The notes: generated by a model not told the origin, from the sequence alone. A DNA stretch of 64,000 nt from Thermotogota bacterium (GCA_029551145.1 JAKPGA010000020.1:466-64465); one strand, 5' to 3'. Shown: positions 18,784 through 28,875, numbered from the stretch's first letter. A program made the numbers and translations.

Positions 18784-20275
18784 CTTCCTCCAAGCCCGTT
18801 GCGTGATATATAAGGTTCTTCTCGCTGATCTGCTCACCCGATATGCAAGCAGTGATCTCACCGCTTCTCATCACCATTATCCTGTTGCAAATGCCAATGA
18901 TCTCAGGTAACTCAGATGAAACAACTACGAAGGTCGCGTCGTACTCTTTTATCATCTGATGCATGATTTCGTATATTTGATGCTTTGCATTCACATCAAC
19001 ACCACGGGTTGGCTCATCGAAGATGAAAATCTTTGCCCCTGTGTTGACCAATTTGGATATGACCACCTTCTGCTGATTTCCACCACTCAGTGTTTTTGCA
19101 AGTTGAAAGGGTGTTCTTGTTTTTATATCGAACTTTTTCTCGTAATTTCTAAAAGTTTCGATTTCCCTTCGCCTGCCAAGGAGCACCTTTGAGAATTTCT
19201 CAAGGGACATGATCGTGGTGTTCATGAAAACCTGCAACGATAGGATAATTCCAGCGGTCTTTCTGTCCTCGGGAAGATAAACTATCCCGAGCTTTTTGGC
19301 GTCTTGCGGTGATTCAATCTTGACCTGCTTACCATTAAGCAGTATCTGACCGCTGTCAACCTTTCTGACACCTATTATCGCTTCCATTAGCTCGGTTCTA
19401 CCGGATCCAACAAGACCATAGAAACCCAGTATTTCACCTTTGCGAACCTCAAAGTTCGCATTTTTCACCGTTCCATCTTTCGTGGTTAGATTCTTAACTT
19501 GCAGAATCAGCTCGTTTGATGGTGAAAGTTTCGGTGGGTACATCTCGTCAATTTTTCTACCTATCATCAACTCTGCGATCTGTCTTTCGGAAAGCTCTTT
19601 GGTCTTGCCCTCGTGCACTTTTCTTCCATCCCTTAGAATGATCAAACTGTCTGTCACAACCTTGACCTCTTTGAGTTTGTGTGAGATGAAGACAACGGTG
19701 ATGCCAGAATTTTTCATGCTTCTTATCACATCAAACAGCTTCGATATTTCTTCTTGGCTCAAAGATGAAGTCGGCTCATCCATTATCAATATCTTCACGC
19801 TTTTTGAGATTGCCTTTACTATCTCCACCATTTGTTTTTGTGCCGGTGAAAGCTCTGATACATAGGTTTGTGGATCAATTCTCAAACTCAGTTGCTGCAT
19901 ATACCTTCTTGTCGCTTCAATCATGGAACTTCTGTTAAGGAAAAACCCCTTTCTCACTTCACTGCCCAAGAAAACATTTTCGTAAACTCTGAGGCTGTCA
20001 ACCAGGTTTAGTTCCTGCGGAATGAGAATTATGCCGTATTCTTTTGCCTTCAATGGATTAAGTTGCACTTTGTGACCTTCGATGAAGATGTCACCGCGTG
20101 TGGGCTGTAAGAAACCGGAAAGAATTCTCATCAGCGTTGATTTTCCTGCCCCATTTTCGCCTACCACACCGTAGACCATACCTTTCTCAAACTGCACATC
20201 AACGTTGTGCAAAACCCTTACAGATGAAAAATCCATGCAAATATCCTTGGCTGAAAGGATCACTTCATCAACCAT
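18764..20275 (-). CDS. CUT2 (RbsA-like) tandem ABC ATPase
   Basis: GENGAGKSTL, LSGGNQQKV, DEPTRGVDV. Confidence 0.95.
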   Translation of the reverse strand: MVDEVILSAKDICMDFSSVRVLHNVDVQFEKGMVYGVVGENGAGKSTLMRILSGFLQPTRGDIFIEGHKVQLNPLKAKEYGIILIPQELNLVDSLRVYENVFLGSEVRKGFFLNRSSMIEATRRYMQQLSLRIDPQTYVSELSPAQKQMVEIVKAISKSVKILIMDEPTSSLSQEEISKLFDVIRSMKNSGITVVFISHKLKEVKVVTDSLIILRDGRKVHEGKTKELSERQIAELMIGRKIDEMYPPKLSPSNELILQVKNLTTKDGTVKNANFEVRKGEILGFYGLVGSGRTELMEAIIGVRKVDSGQILLNGKQVKIESPQDAKKLGIVYLPEDRKTAGIILSLQVFMNTTIMSLEKFSKVLLGRRREIETFRNYEKKFDIKTRTPFQLAKTLSGGNQQKVVISKLVNTGAKIFIFDEPTRGVDVNAKHQIYEIMHQMIKEYDATFVVVSSELPEIIGICNRIMVMRSGEITACISGEQISEKNLIYHATGLEEGDSYKG

Positions 20276-21305
20276 TTATCTTTACCGTCCCCCCAACCTT
20301 GGAAGACTCAAAAATCTTCTCAACCACCTTTACAGCCATCATTCCATCTTCAGGTTTAACTATCGGTTTTTCAATGCCAAGACAAACCTTTGCAAAGTGG
20401 TCTATAACGGGCATTTTCCAGTACGGATCTTCATTTGTGAACAAGGGCTTCAGGACGATTTCACCGTGAAAAACCACCGGTTTTGACAGGTAAATATCGA
20501 TCTTTGAAGGATCTGTTTGTCCTATCTTCAAAGCGCCCTTTTCACCGTAGATGACAAAATAATTTTCTTCCAAGCCTTTGGTTATCCAGTTTGCGTCCAA
20601 AGTCGCAAGTCCACCGTTTGAGAGCCTTAAAACTGCGCTCGCGATATCTTCAACACTCGCATCTTTTTCCAGCGTTCCAACCATCGCCGCGCATTCAACT
20701 ATCTCCAAACCCGTCAGATATCTGATCAGGTCCACTTTGTGTACTCCAAGATCTCCCAGGGCTCCAAACATGGCTGAATCTTTCTGGAAAAACCACGCGG
20801 CGTTGGGTGACCAGTTCTCGGGACCGGAATGTCCAAACATTGTTTTCACGAGTCGTACTTCTCCAATCATGCCAGACTCAATTATCTCTTTCGCCCTTTG
20901 GTGATGGGGAAAGAATCTCTGTGAGTGGTTTGTCATGAGAATCTTGCCCCTTTGTTTAGCTGTCTGAACCATTTGCAGTGCTTGCTCAGAATTGGTTGCC
21001 ATGGGTTTTTCAACAAGCACGTGTTTTCCCATTTTCAAAGCATCGAGTGATGCCTTCGCGTGAAGAAAATTCGGCAGGGCAACTACCACAGCATCGATAT
21101 TTTCTTTTTCAAGTAGCTCTGAATATTCCGTGTAAAAATGTATTTTTTCATCATTGAGCTTTTTTCTGAAGAAATCCAGTCTCTCCTCGCTCTTGTCCGA
21201 TATTGCCACAAGCTGAACGTATTCAGAAAGGTATGCGTTTGGAATGTGTAATACCTCAGAGATCTTTCCCGCGCCTATGATACCTAATCTGATCTTCTCT
21301 GGCAT
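20268..21305 (-). CDS. Gfo/Idh/MocA family NAD(P)-dependent oxidoreductase
   Basis: GIIGAG, GKHVLVEKPMA, DLGVHKVD. Confidence 0.93.
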   Translation of the reverse strand: MPEKIRLGIIGAGKISEVLHIPNAYLSEYVQLVAISDKSEERLDFFRKKLNDEKIHFYTEYSELLEKENIDAVVVALPNFLHAKASLDALKMGKHVLVEKPMATNSEQALQMVQTAKQRGKILMTNHSQRFFPHHQRAKEIIESGMIGEVRLVKTMFGHSGPENWSPNAAWFFQKDSAMFGALGDLGVHKVDLIRYLTGLEIVECAAMVGTLEKDASVEDIASAVLRLSNGGLATLDANWITKGLEENYFVIYGEKGALKIGQTDPSKIDIYLSKPVVFHGEIVLKPLFTNEDPYWKMPVIDHFAKVCLGIEKPIVKPEDGMMAVKVVEKIFESSKVGGTVKING

Positions 21306-21318
21306 CTTTACCGCCTCC

Positions 21319-21957
21319 TCAAATCTGGGTCATATGAACGAGCCTCTTGTTGAATGGAGCCAGTGGAAACCTGGAACCGTAATGCTTGAAAACTTCGGCG
21401 AATTCACAACCAACTTGAATTCCCCTGAAACCTGCCGGATAGATGATCGATGGCATGATCTCCTTTACGAAAACATGCTTGTCGAAGGCAGCTTCCATGA
21501 GTTCAATCGCCCTTTTCTTGTATTCGTATGAAGTTGTTATGTCAATGGCCACATCGAAGTCAAAACCAACGCTCGAAGCTGGAATCTCAAAAAGGTATAT
21601 CTCTTTTTCGAATTTCCTAGCAAGCCTGACCGTTTGCTCAGAAACAACTTGGTGATCATACAAGATCTCTGTATGCCAATGTGTGAACACGACATGAGGG
21701 TTAAATTTCTCAAACAGCTCTTTGAGATCTTCGAACAACTTTGTCTCATCTATTTTTCCGTAGGAATAATCAAAATGAACAGCTTGCGCACCGAGTGTTT
21801 CTACTGCTTCTTTGAAACCTGAGATTCTATCCCCACAGACACTCAGAACACAAACCTGATTTCCATTCAAAGATAACTGTCGTATCGTTCCTCCCATACC
21901 GATCACAGGATCGTCGCTATGGGCAGAGGTAACAAGGATCTTTTTCAAACAGATCAT
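21319..21957 (-). CDS. PIG-L/LmbE family deacetylase
   Basis: AHSDD, GGT, VFTH..YDH, YLFE, FAEVF. Confidence 0.85.
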   Translation of the reverse strand: MICLKKILVTSAHSDDPVIGMGGTIRQLSLNGNQVCVLSVCGDRISGFKEAVETLGAQAVHFDYSYGKIDETKLFEDLKELFEKFNPHVVFTHWHTEILYDHQVVSEQTVRLARKFEKEIYLFEIPASSVGFDFDVAIDITTSYEYKKRAIELMEAAFDKHVFVKEIMPSIIYPAGFRGIQVGCEFAEVFKHYGSRFPLAPFNKRLVHMTQI

Positions 21958-22946
21958 TCCTTTCTTTTTGAACTCGACTGCCTCACCACCAGTTGGGGTG
22001 AGAAGATGTACCTTTTTATCTTCTTGTTTCCCTTGATCAATTCAAAAAGTAGTTTTGCGGACACCTCACCCATCTCTTCGACTGGCTGGTGAACCGATGA
22101 CAAAGACGGCGATACGACTTCGCACAACTGTTCATCATCGTCAAATCCGACAATTGCAATGTCTTCCGGTACCCTTAAAGAAAATTCTCTGACTGCCTTC
22201 AGAGCACCCACTGCGACAAGATCGTTCATACAGAAGACACCATCTACCCTTTGTCCCGAGGAGAGTATTTCTTTCATCTTTTGGTAGCCTTTATCTTCAT
22301 CGTACCCAACAGGGTAGGCGATTGCTTTTAGATTAAACTCCTTCATCGCTGCTCTGTAGCCTTCGAGCCTCTGGAGTGAGACATACAGTTCATAGGTTCC
22401 ACCAAGATGAACGATGTTTGAGCAGCCATTTTCAATCAGGTGTTTCGTCGCGGAATATGCGCCGTAAAAGTTGTCCAGCACTATTGAAACAACGTTTTCA
22501 TGATCATAGTCCTTGTCGAAAACCACAACGGGGATGTACGAAGACACCTCCAACACAAGATCGTCGCTAACACGAGAGTTTCCTATGATGATCCCGCCCA
22601 CGCCAAAAAACCTCGCGTTTCTTATGAGCATCTCTTCTCTGTGCAGATCCCTGAAGGAGTCCATCAAAATCACCAAAGAATCCTCACCACAAGCCTTTTC
22701 GACCCCGCGTGTGAGCCGAGCGAAGAACGGGTTTATTATGTCTGGCACAATGAGTCCAACGGTCGTGATCTGGGTCCTTTTTGCCATAGTTCTGGCATGA
22801 AAATCCGGTGTATAACCGAGCTCTTTGGCAACTTTCAAGATTTCTCTGCGCTTTTTCTCACTGACCTTTCCCTTGCCGTTCAACACCTTTGAGACGGTGG
22901 AGACTGAAACCTTTGTTAGATCAGCTATTTGTTTCAGCGTTGCCAC
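21954..22946 (-). CDS. LacI family transcriptional regulator
   Basis: TLKQIADLTKVSVSTVSKVLN HTH, LGYTP hinge, GFDD. GTG start follows GGGAGG. Confidence 0.95.
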   Translation of the reverse strand: MATLKQIADLTKVSVSTVSKVLNGKGKVSEKKRREILKVAKELGYTPDFHARTMAKRTQITTVGLIVPDIINPFFARLTRGVEKACGEDSLVILMDSFRDLHREEMLIRNARFFGVGGIIIGNSRVSDDLVLEVSSYIPVVVFDKDYDHENVVSIVLDNFYGAYSATKHLIENGCSNIVHLGGTYELYVSLQRLEGYRAAMKEFNLKAIAYPVGYDEDKGYQKMKEILSSGQRVDGVFCMNDLVAVGALKAVREFSLRVPEDIAIVGFDDDEQLCEVVSPSLSSVHQPVEEMGEVSAKLLFELIKGNKKIKRYIFSPQLVVRQSSSKRKE

Positions 22947-22972
22947 TCTCAGACCTCCCAGAATGCTCAGTA

Positions 22973-23950
22973 TCACAAGATCAATGACTGGATTTCAGAT
23001 TCATCCATTTCCCTGAGTATTTCTTCTCTTTGTCGGAAATATCTCACAGATTCCTTCACTAAGTTATCCATTACCGACTCATCGGGCAGCGAATTCGCCA
23101 GGACATACGGGTCTGCATAAGGGCCAAGCGGCTCAAAGGTTATGAACCTTCCCTCTTGATTCATTCCAACTAAGTATGCCGCCATTATCGCCAAATCCAG
23201 ATCGATCATCGCCTTTCCGGGTCCATCGCGATTGCTGTCCGCAATGTGAAGGTTTATGAGCCGATCTGAGCATTTTAGTATTGCGTCACCAAGGTTGCTC
23301 TCTTCACAAATCATGTGATAGATATCACCATTTATATAGTATATCGCCGGATGATCCACCGCTTTGATATATGCCAGAGCCTGATCCACTGTGTGTATGA
23401 GGCTAACCTCGGCAGATCTTATTGGTTCAACAGCGGCTTTGACCTTTGATTTTTCGAAATACTTGGCACAAATTCTCATTGCCTCGACACTTCTATCGAA
23501 TTCGTAGTTATCCTCTGGCCTGGTTCGTCCGACGGCGCTCGGAACAACTATCAGATAATTGCCGTTCAACGATTCTGCAAAGTCTATCTGCCTTTTCACA
23601 TAATCGATGGCATTCTGTCTTATATATGGATTTGAGCTTGAAAGATCGTTGTGCTGTGAATAGAGGCCACATATCCCTGAGACCTTCATATCAAACTCTT
23701 TCAGAATTTCTCTCATTCTACTCGCGCTGGAGCAGACTTCATCGGTGTAACTGTCACCTTTGAGTTCAACGAAGTCTATACCATTGCTTTTCAATCTTTG
23801 CAGTGATCTTTCAAGTGGCTCACGTCCGAACATCCATATACTCCATGACAGATCGAATTTCCTGTTCAATCTCTGGGGATATTTCGCTTTGAATTCAAGG
23901 AATTTCCTTATTATCTCAAGCTTCTTGAGTTGAAAATTCTGCAGTTTCAT
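22973..23950 (-). CDS. Ketose 3-epimerase-like TIM barrel (DPE/DTE/IolO-like)
   Basis: AVEP, GDIYHM, LHIADSNR, FEP metal-binding motifs. Confidence 0.82.
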   Translation of the reverse strand: MKLQNFQLKKLEIIRKFLEFKAKYPQRLNRKFDLSWSIWMFGREPLERSLQRLKSNGIDFVELKGDSYTDEVCSSASRMREILKEFDMKVSGICGLYSQHNDLSSSNPYIRQNAIDYVKRQIDFAESLNGNYLIVVPSAVGRTRPEDNYEFDRSVEAMRICAKYFEKSKVKAAVEPIRSAEVSLIHTVDQALAYIKAVDHPAIYYINGDIYHMICEESNLGDAILKCSDRLINLHIADSNRDGPGKAMIDLDLAIMAAYLVGMNQEGRFITFEPLGPYADPYVLANSLPDESVMDNLVKESVRYFRQREEILREMDESEIQSLIL

Positions 23951-23962
23951 CAGAACACCCCT

Positions 23963-24832
23963 CTATTTTTCCTCTTTGATGTCCAGTTCTTTCAGAGTCT
24001 TCCTCAACCAATCCAAGGATTTTTCGAGTAAGATTCCACCTTTACCTTCACATTCTATACTCAGCACACCGTTGTAATCATTGTCTCTCAGTATTTCAAG
24101 AACCTTGCGTATGTTGTCGGCATTCACACCCTCGCCTACCGCACAGTGGCTTATTCCTATGCCGGTGTCTTTTCCTCTCAAACTCATTGCCAGGCTCTCG
24201 GACACATCCTTTATGTGGACATGCTTTATCTTTTTGACGAATTTTCTACAGAACTCGACGGGATCCTGTCCTGCTATGAAAGTATTCCCCGTGTCAAGGT
24301 TCAATCCCAGTCGGTCACTTTTCACAAAATCGAGCATTTTTTCAAGCATCTCTGGCTTGGTTGTGAAATAGCCGTGTATCTCTATGTTGATGTTGATCTC
24401 GTACAGTTCCGCGAGTTCAACGATGTAAGAATAGGATCTTTTCATCAGCTCCATTGCTTCTGTGTCTGACAAACCCTCTGGTTTGTACAATCCATCAGTT
24501 GTGGCTATGTTTTCACATCCAATAACCTTTGCCCACGGAAGGGTTTTGCAGACATACTGAACTCCTATGTACATTCCATCTTTGCCTGAGAGAGGATACG
24601 CAGAGTCAAGTTGAGAGAACCTCACGCCGTACTCTGACATCTTGTGCTTCATTTTCATGGGATCTTCTAACAAGGATATGTGAGGAAAGTAGCCAAGTCC
24701 GTGTATCCACGCAGAACCATCGATGACCCCACATTCGATGTAGTGAACATCATGATCTTTCGCCCATTGCAATGCCTTTTCAAAACTGAAAACGGCTGAA
24801 TTAAAAGCGTCTGTGTGAAAACCTATTTTCAT
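23963..24832 (-). CDS. Sugar phosphate isomerase/epimerase (AP-endonuclease-2 TIM barrel)
   Basis: IEIHG, LDTGN, HVHIKD, GEGVN, SIECE. Confidence 0.85.
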   Translation of the reverse strand: MKIGFHTDAFNSAVFSFEKALQWAKDHDVHYIECGVIDGSAWIHGLGYFPHISLLEDPMKMKHKMSEYGVRFSQLDSAYPLSGKDGMYIGVQYVCKTLPWAKVIGCENIATTDGLYKPEGLSDTEAMELMKRSYSYIVELAELYEININIEIHGYFTTKPEMLEKMLDFVKSDRLGLNLDTGNTFIAGQDPVEFCRKFVKKIKHVHIKDVSESLAMSLRGKDTGIGISHCAVGEGVNADNIRKVLEILRDNDYNGVLSIECEGKGGILLEKSLDWLRKTLKELDIKEEK

Positions 24833-24834
24833 GT

Positions 24835-25851
24835 CTATCCCTCCTTGCTCTGCCTGATGGCTTTTTTGAAAACTCCCTTCCCCGCATATGCACTGAAAGC
24901 ACTCACAGCGAGCGATGCCACTATGAATATTCCAAAGACAACCTCCTGGAAATATGGGTTGACTCGCAACATGTTGAGAGTGTTGGAGATTATTCCCATG
25001 AGCAGAACACCAAAGAATGTGCCCAGTATATTCCCCTTACCTCCAGAGAGCGGTGTTCCACCGATTACAACTGCGCCTATCGCCCTCAACTCCAAGCCAG
25101 AACCCGTTGTGGGCTGAGCCGCGCCAACTCGTGACAGGAGTATCATCGAAGCCATGCCTATCATCAATCCGTTTATCAGAAATGCCAGAAGCTTTGTTCT
25201 GAAGATCGAGATTCCAGACAAGTAGGCCGCCGCAGGGTTACTTCCCACCGCATAGAAATGTCTGCCGAGTTTTGAGTATTTCAGAATGAAATGTGCCAAG
25301 AAATAGATGAGAATTCCTATCAAGAAACCCAAAGGAAGTATTCCCCAAAGCCTTGTCAGACCCAGTGCTTCGAATTTACCGTATATGGTTTGAAATACTC
25401 CCTTTGTTATCGCATACGCAGTTCCTCTGAAGACACTCAGAAAACCCAACGAAGTGATGAAAGAAGGTGCCTTGAAAACCAGTGACGAAGATCCAACCAG
25501 AAGACTGTTGAAGGCTGCCAGGATCAACGCCACTAAGACCACCCAGAAATAGCTCACGTCATTTTTGATCATCATGGCGATCACACAGGATACCAAACCG
25601 ATATTGGCACCGACAGATATGTCGATCTCTCCAGAAATTATCAGCATGGTCATACCGGACGCGAGTATTCCCAGTACAGCGATTTGTTCCAGTATATTCG
25701 TGATGTTGCTCAAAGCGAAAAACCTTGGATTTATAGAGCCGGTGATAACCGCAAGGACTACCTCCGCTAAAAGCAAGAAAAACCACTGGTTCTTGTACAA
25801 TGGTTTTTTTCCTTTCTGCAAGACTTGATTGGAATTCTTTCGCTCTGGCAT
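24835..25851 (-). CDS. CUT2 sugar ABC permease
   Basis: GEIDISVG, ELRAIGAVVIGGTPLSGGKG. Confidence 0.92.
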   Translation of the reverse strand: MPERKNSNQVLQKGKKPLYKNQWFFLLLAEVVLAVITGSINPRFFALSNITNILEQIAVLGILASGMTMLIISGEIDISVGANIGLVSCVIAMMIKNDVSYFWVVLVALILAAFNSLLVGSSSLVFKAPSFITSLGFLSVFRGTAYAITKGVFQTIYGKFEALGLTRLWGILPLGFLIGILIYFLAHFILKYSKLGRHFYAVGSNPAAAYLSGISIFRTKLLAFLINGLMIGMASMILLSRVGAAQPTTGSGLELRAIGAVVIGGTPLSGGKGNILGTFFGVLLMGIISNTLNMLRVNPYFQEVVFGIFIVASLAVSAFSAYAGKGVFKKAIRQSKEG

Positions 25852-25868
25852 ATTATTCCCTCCTGAGG

Positions 25869-27365
25869 TCAAACACCTATGAACAGTCTCATCAAATCTT
25901 CTTCTTTCAGACCATCATTTTGTAAGATGTGGGTCATTCTACCATTCCTCATGACACCTATTCTGTCACTCATAGAAAGAAGTTCAGGCATATCTGAAGA
26001 AACCATTATTATGCTCTTTTTGTTTTCCACAAGCTCCAACATGATTTGGTAAATCTGTTCTCTTGCACCGATATCAACACCCTTTGTAGGTTCATCAAAT
26101 ATGTAAAGTGCCGCATCGGTGTTCAACAGCCATCTACCGATGATCACCTTTTGCTGATTACCTCCAGAGAGTTCCTCGATCAACTGGTCTCTGTCTGATA
26201 CCGCGATAGAGAGTTTGTTGACCGTCTGTGTTGATAATCTCAATTCCTCACTCAGATTCAGCAGAAACCTTCTTGAAAGCTTGTTCTTAACTGCCACCAG
26301 ATTCTCCACGACATTTCGTCCCAGAAACATACCGTATTTCTTTCTATCTTCCGAAACAAAGCAAATGCCTTTTTTCATCGCATCGATAGGAGATTTCAAA
26401 ACAACTGTCTTTCCGTCCATTACAATCTCGCCACTATCGGGCCTCAGTGCACCGTATATCAAACTCACCAGTTCTGTTCTGCCAGATCCCACAAGGCCAC
26501 CTATACCGAAAATTTCACCCGCTCTGACATCGAAGCTGACGTCTTCCACAATGCCTTTCTTTGTGAGATTGCGTACGTAGAAACGTACATCACCGATTGG
26601 AACTTTCTTGCGTTGGAAAAACAGTGCGGTATCTCTTCCAACCATTTTCTTGACAACTGTGTTGAGATCTACTTCTTGAAGCGGATATGTCCCCATCTTT
26701 TCGCCGTCTTTCAAGATGGTTATTCTGTCTGCTATTTCGAAGACTTCGTTCAGATAATGAGAAATGTATATGATACCCAGCCCTTGAGACTTGAGATTCT
26801 TCAAGAGTGTGAGCAAGGCTCTTGTTTCTTCCAATCCCAAAGAACTTGTGGGCTCATCCATTATTATGACCCTTGCCTTCCTGTGAAGCGCCTTTGCGAT
26901 CTGAACCATCTGTTTTTCAGCCGTTGATAAATTCCCAGCTAATTCATTTGCATCCAGATCAATTCCAAGGTTTTCAAGTATCTTCTGAGTTTCATCGGCC
27001 TGTCTCTGTTTGTCTATCTTGAAAGGCATCTTTGAGTTCAACTCGTTTCCCAGGAAGATATTTTCAGCAACGGTAAGTGAGTCAACAATCTCTGCATCTT
27101 GATAGACCGTCGTGATACCCATCTCTATTGCCAACCTCGGGTTCAGGGTTTTCATTTTCTTGCCAAGAATCACAATCTCTCCAGATTCGGGAGAAACTGC
27201 ACCTGACAAGATCTTTATCAAAGTTGATTTTCCAGCACCGTTTTCACCGACAAGACAGTGTATCTCTCCTGCGTGTAAATCAAAATCGACGCTTTTCAAA
27301 ACCATGTGTTCGCCGTATATCTTAACTATGTTCCTGAGTTCGACGAGGCGTTCTTTCTCACTCAT
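25869..27365 (-). CDS. CUT2 tandem ABC ATPase
   Basis: GENGAGKSTL, LSGGNQQKV, DEPTKGVDI. Confidence 0.95.
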   Translation of the reverse strand: MSEKERLVELRNIVKIYGEHMVLKSVDFDLHAGEIHCLVGENGAGKSTLIKILSGAVSPESGEIVILGKKMKTLNPRLAIEMGITTVYQDAEIVDSLTVAENIFLGNELNSKMPFKIDKQRQADETQKILENLGIDLDANELAGNLSTAEKQMVQIAKALHRKARVIIMDEPTSSLGLEETRALLTLLKNLKSQGLGIIYISHYLNEVFEIADRITILKDGEKMGTYPLQEVDLNTVVKKMVGRDTALFFQRKKVPIGDVRFYVRNLTKKGIVEDVSFDVRAGEIFGIGGLVGSGRTELVSLIYGALRPDSGEIVMDGKTVVLKSPIDAMKKGICFVSEDRKKYGMFLGRNVVENLVAVKNKLSRRFLLNLSEELRLSTQTVNKLSIAVSDRDQLIEELSGGNQQKVIIGRWLLNTDAALYIFDEPTKGVDIGAREQIYQIMLELVENKKSIIMVSSDMPELLSMSDRIGVMRNGRMTHILQNDGLKEEDLMRLFIGV

Positions 27366-27391
27366 TGACGATCAACTCCTACGATCAATGA

Positions 27392-27413
27392 GGGATGGGA
27401 ATAATCCCATCCC
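27392..27413. other. Intra-operon stem-loop downstream of SBP gene
   Basis: GGGATGGGA-ataa-TCCCATCCC, perfect 9 bp. Confidence 0.6.
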
Positions 27414-27430
27414 CCGATTGTGTGCATGTT

Positions 27431-28447
27431 TTAGTTTAGAACATCAATCAAGCCTTTGTACTCTGGGAAATACTGTTTTGTGAGCTGAATCCACACTGGA
27501 TCTATGTCCCATGGCACAACCTTTGTCTTGTCATCAATTGTTTCAGGAGTTATTGGTGTGATGGGCAGGAAGATCCACTGTCTCAGCGCTTTGATCTTCT
27601 CGGTTACATACGAGTGCAGGGCAAGGAACGAAACAAAACCTTCCCATCCCGGTGAACTTGAGATTGAGTACTTTATTGAACCTTCCTTGATCAGTTCGAT
27701 TCCATACGGAGCACCATTTGTTGTTATAACCTTTATTGGGTTGTTGAGCAAGCCTCTGGATTTCAACATGCGGACAACCGCGGCACCCATTTCTTCGTTG
27801 AAAACAAACAGCACCGAGAAGTTGTAACCGGATTCAATCAAGTCCTGTGCCTGTTTGACAGCCTCATCTGGTATATATTGTCCATCTCTGATGGCGACAA
27901 TCTTGTTCTTGCCGAGTTCTTTCACGGCAGGCTCAAAAGATTTCAAGAACATCTGCACAGGAACATGTTCCAGTCTTCCCATGATGACCGCAATATTTTC
28001 TCCTGGGTAGTTATTGGCTACGTACTGAGCGATATCCTTTCCCATTGCGTCCCAGTTGAAGTCAATGCACGCCACAACGGGATCTTTTGATTTTAGAACT
28101 TCACCAACATTATCTGTTACAACAAGTGGTATACCTGCTTTGGCGCATTCTCTTGCAGCTATGAAAGCACCATTCGGGTTGAAGGAGAATATACACATTC
28201 CATCTACTTTCATGTTGACCAGCGTCTGAATATTCGATATCTCCTTTTCCACGTCGTAATCTGAGTTCAAAACTACGACTTCAACTCCCGCAAGATTTGC
28301 AGCGTAGACAAATCCCTCAACGTCCTTCCTGTACCATGTGTCTGGGCCAGGGGTAACATAGCCATAAACCAGTTTCTTAGCCATGCCGAGGGATGCAAAG
28401 AGCATGACAAGAAGCGCTACCGAGATCAACACTTTGAAGCCCTTCAT
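27431..28447 (-). CDS. CUT2 sugar ABC substrate-binding protein
   Basis: Signal peptide, type I periplasmic binding fold; first gene of the operon. Confidence 0.88.
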   Translation of the reverse strand: MKGFKVLISVALLVMLFASLGMAKKLVYGYVTPGPDTWYRKDVEGFVYAANLAGVEVVVLNSDYDVEKEISNIQTLVNMKVDGMCIFSFNPNGAFIAARECAKAGIPLVVTDNVGEVLKSKDPVVACIDFNWDAMGKDIAQYVANNYPGENIAVIMGRLEHVPVQMFLKSFEPAVKELGKNKIVAIRDGQYIPDEAVKQAQDLIESGYNFSVLFVFNEEMGAAVVRMLKSRGLLNNPIKVITTNGAPYGIELIKEGSIKYSISSSPGWEGFVSFLALHSYVTEKIKALRQWIFLPITPITPETIDDKTKVVPWDIDPVWIQLTKQYFPEYKGLIDVLN

Positions 28448-28598
28448 CAACACACCTCCTCTGTATGGGTTCGCTTGAAGCGACCCGAAAATACCTGATG
28501 AAAATCACAAACAGATTCAAAGACTTCTTTTGGAAAGACGGCCATATTTTCCTGAACAACCCGTTAATCTAACAACGAATATGCTTTATCTATCATGA

Positions 28599-28612
28599 GT
28601 CAATCGTTTGAC
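28599..28612. promoter_or_regulatory. LacI-type operator candidate GTCAATCGTTTGAC
   Basis: Near-palindrome with central CG and AAnCGnTT core, just downstream of the predicted promoter of the lacI-containing operon. Confidence 0.6.
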
Positions 28613-28628
28613 CAACCTTTTCAAACTA

Positions 28629-28657
28629 AAAATACCAAAAATAAACTACCAAGTCAA
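28629..28657 (-). promoter_or_regulatory. sigma70 promoter of the minus-strand sugar operon
   Basis: TTGACT, 17-bp spacer, TATTTT with a TG extension on the minus strand. Confidence 0.55.
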
Positions 28658-28875
28658 ACATGTCTTGGGCTAATAGTACAGTGAATTATCTGAACAGCCT
28701 TAAGCACAGGAGTTTATGCTTCACATTTGCGCTGTTGCTCACTCTTTCTCGATTTTTCTTTTAAAATCAAGTGATGTCTTTGGAGGTGTTCTTCTGATCA
28801 GTGATTTTTGTTTTGGCTCAATCAAATTGTCAATTCACTGAAAAAAATTGATGTTACTCTGCTGATTGAAACCAG

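Noticed and set aside
28660-28875. Possible fluoride riboswitch upstream of the ClC gene
   Set aside because: No GGnGAUG..CUGAUG pseudoknot pair found, and the protein has canonical GSGIP/GREGP Cl- motifs rather than the CLC-F GNNLI/GREGT motifs.
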